A stretch of DNA of 17,083 bases from a candidate division WOR-3 bacterium (GTDB taxonomy: Bacteria > Hydrothermota > Tepidihabitantia > SM23-42 > CAYGYG01), in assembly GCA_965648915.1 (NCBI GenBank), contig CBFGIV010000050.1:1-17083 (forward strand), read 5' to 3'. Each line of letters starts with the position of its first letter. Position 1 is the first letter of the stretch. Below are positions 16,172 through 17,083 of this stretch, piece after piece. The position numbers and the translations under genes are program-made. The notes under the pieces were generated by a model that had not been told where the DNA came from, made no database searches, and saw only the letters and a list, made by a program, of their open reading frames with translations.

Positions 16172-17083
16172 GGGTCATGACCAGAAAGTGTGGTGAAAAG
16201 ATTGAAAGGCATCCATTAGGTTCATATTATATGGATATTCTTAAGAAAAAGGATCTAAAAGATGCCAGGAGATTATATTCACATCTCCTCAGGTTTGCAA
16301 GAGTTTTCTGTGTTAGATTGGAAAGAGGATAAATCAGGAGTCATGGTGGAAGTGATAAAGACTTTATCTTATGCTGTTTGTTCCCAATGTGGTGAGAGCA
16401 CTGATAAAGTTCATCAATATAAGCACGGTTAATTGATGACATTCCCATACAGGGTAGAAGGTTACAGTTTAAGTTCAAGCAACGCCGGTTTAAATGCGCA
16501 AGTTGTGGTAAAGTATTTACCGAGCGTTTTGAGTGCCTTAGGTCCAGAAGTCATCGGACTATACGCTATGAGCAGTATTTATACGAACATGGTAAGAATC
16601 GGACGTTGAAAGGATTTACCTTAGAATATCAGGTTAAATACACCACTCTTCGGCGTTTGTGGTATCGTTATGCTCAAGAGGTGGTAAATAACAGGGCTAT
16701 TGAATATCCAGGGAAAATGGGTATTGATGAGTTTAGTGTCGTAGGGGGGCATAAATATCGGACGGTACTAACGGATTTAGAAAGGTACAGAGTTTTAACG
16801 ACAATTGCTGGTCGTGATAAAGAAGGGTTAAAGAACTACTTACAGACAATTCCTGAAGATAAGTGTCCTGAGTTTTTTGTTGTTGATATCTGGAAAGGTT
16901 ATATCAATGCGATTCGTGAAGTCTGTGCGAATGTGGTGATTGTCGCCGATAAGTTTCATATAATTCGGATGGCCAATTATGCCTTAGATTTCACGCGGCG
17001 GGTGCTTCAGCGACAGGCGAAAAAAGGCAGAAAGAAGATTATATTTCGGGCAAAGCATCTACTTTTGAAGGCACATGAGCGTT
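16172..17083 (+). mobile_element. ISL3 family insertion sequence (left part; truncated by window end)
   Basis: Candidate IRL GGGTCATGACCAGAAAGTGTGG (16172-16193) fits the GGxTC...AGTGTGG pattern I recall for ISL3 ends; preceded by an A-rich tract (16161-16171) and followed by an ISL3 transposase. Confidence 0.75.
16262..17083 (+). pseudogene. ISL3 family transposase, frameshifted near 16425, 3' end outside window
   Basis: From ATG 16262: MPGDY...AVCSQCGESTDKVHQYKHG* (TAA 16430-16432). The -1 frame from 16426 is open to the window end: RLIDDIPIQG..KQRRFKCASCGKVFTE, MGIDEFS...HKYRTVLTD, VVDIWKGYINAI, IVADKFHII (zinc finger plus DDE motifs of ISL3). Missed by the ORF track. Confidence 0.88.

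Noticed and set aside
16078..16332. 84-aa + strand ORF
   Set aside because: Crosses the putative IS left end and overlaps the transposase start in another frame; no family features.

Overview
Bacterial chromosomal window with three parts. (1) 164-11593 (+): a tightly overlapping gene run. It starts with a lipid-linked glycosylation cluster: two polyprenyl-phosphate-type GT2s, a UPF0104/AglD-like flippase-domain protein, Ugd, UDP-glucuronate decarboxylase, a GT-C (ArnT/PMT-like) transferase and a GT4. It continues with an scpB lacking an adjacent scpA, then a 7-deazaguanine cluster: short QueG-like Fe-S protein, DUF4416, queD, archaeal-type queC, DUF366, queE. (2) 12044-15981 (-): two secreted proteins with T9SS-CTD/FlgD-like C-terminal domains. 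One is a C25 gingipain-family peptidase whose signal peptide is split off by a 1-nt frameshift; the other is an Asp-box propeller. This architecture suggests a WOR-3-like or FCB-related organism (inference). (3) 16172-end (+): an ISL3 element with a frameshifted transposase, truncated by the window edge. The convergent spacer (11594-12043) holds a 141-bp MITE-like element with TIRs and a 5-bp direct repeat, plus heptamer tandem repeats. The best novel-system candidate is DUF366, which has a biotin/lipoate-ligase-like motif and sits between an atypical QueC and QueE. Family assignments come from motif recognition; no searches were run.
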